Assembly (NCBI GenBank): GCA_008015505.1
Contig: SSFR01000004.1
Coordinates: 15,194-79,193 of the forward strand
DNA from: Pedobacter sp.
Lineage (GTDB): Bacteria > Bacteroidota > Bacteroidia > Sphingobacteriales > Sphingobacteriaceae
DNA length: 64,000 nucleotides
Direction: 5' to 3'
Shown: positions 62,028 to 64,000 of the stretch, piece by piece
Layout: each line of letters begins with the position of its first letter
Position numbering within the stretch: position 1 is the first letter of the stretch
Notes under the pieces: generated by a model
Told to the model about the DNA's origin: nothing
Databases searched by the model: none
Seen by the model: the letters and a program-made list of their open reading frames with translations, nothing else
Translations under genes and position numbers: made by a program

Positions 62028-62144
62028 TTATCCTTGACGCTGCTTGTACTTAGGATTTTTCTTATTAATCACAAAAAGTTTCCCTTTACGACGAATAATC
62101 TTACAATCCGCACTACGTTTTTTTATTGACGCCCTAATTTTCAT
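62028..62144 (-). CDS. rpmJ: 50S ribosomal protein L36 (not in the ORF track)
   Basis: Manual translation: [38 protein letters not shown]. Confidence 0.97.
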   Translation of the reverse strand: MKIRASIKKRSADCKIIRRKGKLFVINKKNPKYKQRQG

Positions 62145-62156
62145 CTTTTTTGCTTA

Positions 62157-62375
62157 TTATTTGTACCGATAAGTTATCCTACCTTTAGTTAAGTCATATG
62201 GAGACATTTCTAACTTAACTTTGTCTCCTATCAAAATTTTAATATAATGCATCCTCATCTTACCAGATATATGAGCCATAATCTCATGCCCATTTTCCAA
62301 TTCAACACGAAACCTAGCATTTGATAATGCCTCCTTAATTATTCCATCCTGTTCAATTGAAGCCTGTTTGGCCAT
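62157..62375 (-). CDS. infA: Translation initiation factor IF-1
   Basis: FRVELENGH and [14 protein letters not shown] motifs. -7 box TAAATTTG at 62418-62425. Confidence 0.99.
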   Translation of the reverse strand: MAKQASIEQDGIIKEALSNARFRVELENGHEIMAHISGKMRMHYIKILIGDKVKLEMSPYDLTKGRITYRYK

Positions 62376-62446
62376 ATATCTTTATTATATTTTATAAAAA
62401 ACCGCTGAATTGGGTTGCAAATTTACGCAAAAAAAATAAACATTTA

Positions 62447-63241
62447 CTAATTACGCTTTAGAACTTTTTCTATATAACTAAAAGTAGAAAGTTTATCTGC
62501 CTTCCCCTTCTGAACGGAGACTGTATGTTCAAAATGAGCCGAACATTTTCCATCTACGGTACTTACTGTCCAACCGTCATTCCAAAATTTAACAGCAGCT
62601 TTTCCAGCATTAATCATAGGTTCGATAGCAATAACCATCCCCTCCTCTAACTTCATCCCTGAACCACGTTTACCATAGTTAGGAATTTCAGGTTTTTCAT
62701 GCAACTCAACCCCAACTCCATGCCCTACAAGCTCCCTAACAACTCCATATCCCATCTTCTGAGCATGCTGCTGGATGGCATATCCAATATCACCCACACG
62801 CATTCCGACTACAGCTGCTTCAATACCCAAATCCAAACATTCTTTAGTTACTTTTAAGAGCTTTAAAATATCCTCTGATACCTTTCCAACTGGAAAAGTA
62901 TACGCTGAATCTCCATAAAAGCCCTTCAATATAGTCCCACAATCGACAGACACAATATCTCCATCCTTCAATTCATAATCTCCAGGCAAACCATGTACCA
63001 CTTGATCATTCAATGAAATACAAAGTGAGTTTGGAAAGGAACTCAAAACTCCTGGATGATTCAAAAAAGCTGGAATCCCTCCATGATCACGGATAAAGGT
63101 TTCAGCTAATCTATCTAGGGTTATTGTTTTAACACCAACATCTATTACCTTTGCAACTTCCGAAAGTGTTTTAGAAACTAATAACGCACTTTCTCTGATC
63201 CCTTCTATTTGCTCAGGAGACTTATAATACACCTTTGACAT
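62447..63241 (-). CDS. map: Methionine aminopeptidase type I
   Basis: CISLNDQVVHG, VDCG, GDSA, GHGVG..LHE, IEPM and AHFEHT motifs. Confidence 0.97.
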   Translation of the reverse strand: MSKVYYKSPEQIEGIRESALLVSKTLSEVAKVIDVGVKTITLDRLAETFIRDHGGIPAFLNHPGVLSSFPNSLCISLNDQVVHGLPGDYELKDGDIVSVDCGTILKGFYGDSAYTFPVGKVSEDILKLLKVTKECLDLGIEAAVVGMRVGDIGYAIQQHAQKMGYGVVRELVGHGVGVELHEKPEIPNYGKRGSGMKLEEGMVIAIEPMINAGKAAVKFWNDGWTVSTVDGKCSAHFEHTVSVQKGKADKLSTFSYIEKVLKRN

Positions 63242-63255
63242 CTCAATACTTCTAC

Positions 63256-64000
63256 CTAGGTCATAGCACTAACAGCCTCTACTGGTGTACGTCCTTTCAC
63301 ACGACCACTTTTCATCAAACCATCATAATGACGCATTAACAAATGACTTTCAATCTGCTGTAAAGTATCTAAAACAACCCCTACTAAAATAAGCAAAGAA
63401 GTACCACCATAAAAATGTGCAAACTGACTATTAACTCCCATAATAATAGCTATTGAAGGAAGAACTGCTATAATAGCCAAGAAAACAGAACCAGGCAAAG
63501 TTATTTTCGAAATAACTGAATCTATAAATTCACCTGTGGCTAAGCCCGGCTTTACTCCAGGAATAAATCCTCCATTCTTTTTCATATCATCAGCCATTTG
63601 CACCGGGTTAACTGTGATAGCTGTATAAAAAAACGTAAAAAGAATAATCATCACTGCAAAAGTAATATTATATGTAGCTGAGGTATAATTACTTAACGAA
63701 GATAAAAATGAAGATTGTGTACCAGGGAAAAACTGCCCAATTGTTGCTGGCACAAACATGATAGCCTGAGCAAATATAATTGGCATCACGCCAGCTGCAT
63801 TAACTTTCAAAGGAATATATTGGCGAGCGCCTCCATATTGTTTGTTACCTACAATTTTTTTGGCATACTGTACAGGTATTTTACGAACTCCCTGAACAAT
63901 CAAAATAGTAAACATCACTACCAAGAATAATGCAACAATTTCAACAATAAAGGGGATTAATCCACCTTGTCCACCCATCCTAGAACCAAATTCTGAAATA
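63256..64000 (-). CDS. secY: Preprotein translocase SecY, C-terminal part (continues beyond the window)
   Basis: PLKVNAAGVMPIIFA, GGFIPGVKPG and GGTSLLILVGV motifs; the frame is open to the window edge. Confidence 0.98.
   Translation of the reverse strand, partial: ISEFGSRMGGQGGLIPFIVEIVALFLVVMFTILIVQGVRKIPVQYAKKIVGNKQYGGARQYIPLKVNAAGVMPIIFAQAIMFVPATIGQFFPGTQSSFLSSLSNYTSATYNITFAVMIILFTFFYTAITVNPVQMADDMKKNGGFIPGVKPGLATGEFIDSVISKITLPGSVFLAIIAVLPSIAIIMGVNSQFAHFYGGTSLLILVGVVLDTLQQIESHLLMRHYDGLMKSGRVKGRTPVEAVSAMT

Noticed and set aside
62028-62144. L36 lacking the zinc-ribbon ligands
   Set aside because: The Zn-free form is the normal Bacteroidota L36 in this operon.
258-63930. Numerous 60-134 aa ORFs antisense or out of frame within long genes (e.g. 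35608..36012, 46837..47211, 57638..58030)
   Set aside because: Shadow ORFs of well-supported genes, with no independent motifs or start context.
58839-64000. Apparently lower GC of the ribosomal protein cluster as a sign of horizontal transfer
   Set aside because: These are core vertically inherited genes in canonical order, and codon bias explains it. GC was not computed.

Overview
This is a low-GC chromosomal window from a Bacteroidota organism, most likely Sphingobacteriaceae-like. The call rests on protein style, TAnnTTTG -7 promoter boxes and a futalosine-pathway mqnC. Most of the window is compact housekeeping DNA: degP, dapF, tpiA, prmA, scpB, mqnC, fabG, pgk, hemW, mntH, dxs, ribF, truB, ftsX, hppA, pccB, dnaK and the secY-map-infA-rpmJ-rpsM-rpsK-rpsD-rpoA-rplQ cluster. 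The SRP RNA (ffs) and rpmJ are present although the ORF track misses them. The main unusual observations are: (1) a tandem array of six diverged, intact APC/CAT-type amino-acid permease paralogs (33.7-45.4 kb), interrupted by an old-yellow-enzyme gene and lying near a seventh APC permease and two aminopeptidases; (2) an orphan double-glycine / LxLxKx5L RiPP (lanthipeptide-like) precursor next to dnaK with no modifying genes in view; (3) four copies of an IS5-like MITE (21-bp TIRs, TTA target duplication) with a covarying internal hairpin; (4) a second 89-bp structured repeat; (5) a shared TGGCA-N6-TTGA sigma54-like motif upstream of both degP and dnaK. No tRNA, rRNA, CRISPR array, transposase or prophage gene was seen. 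All alignments were done by eye and no database searches were run.
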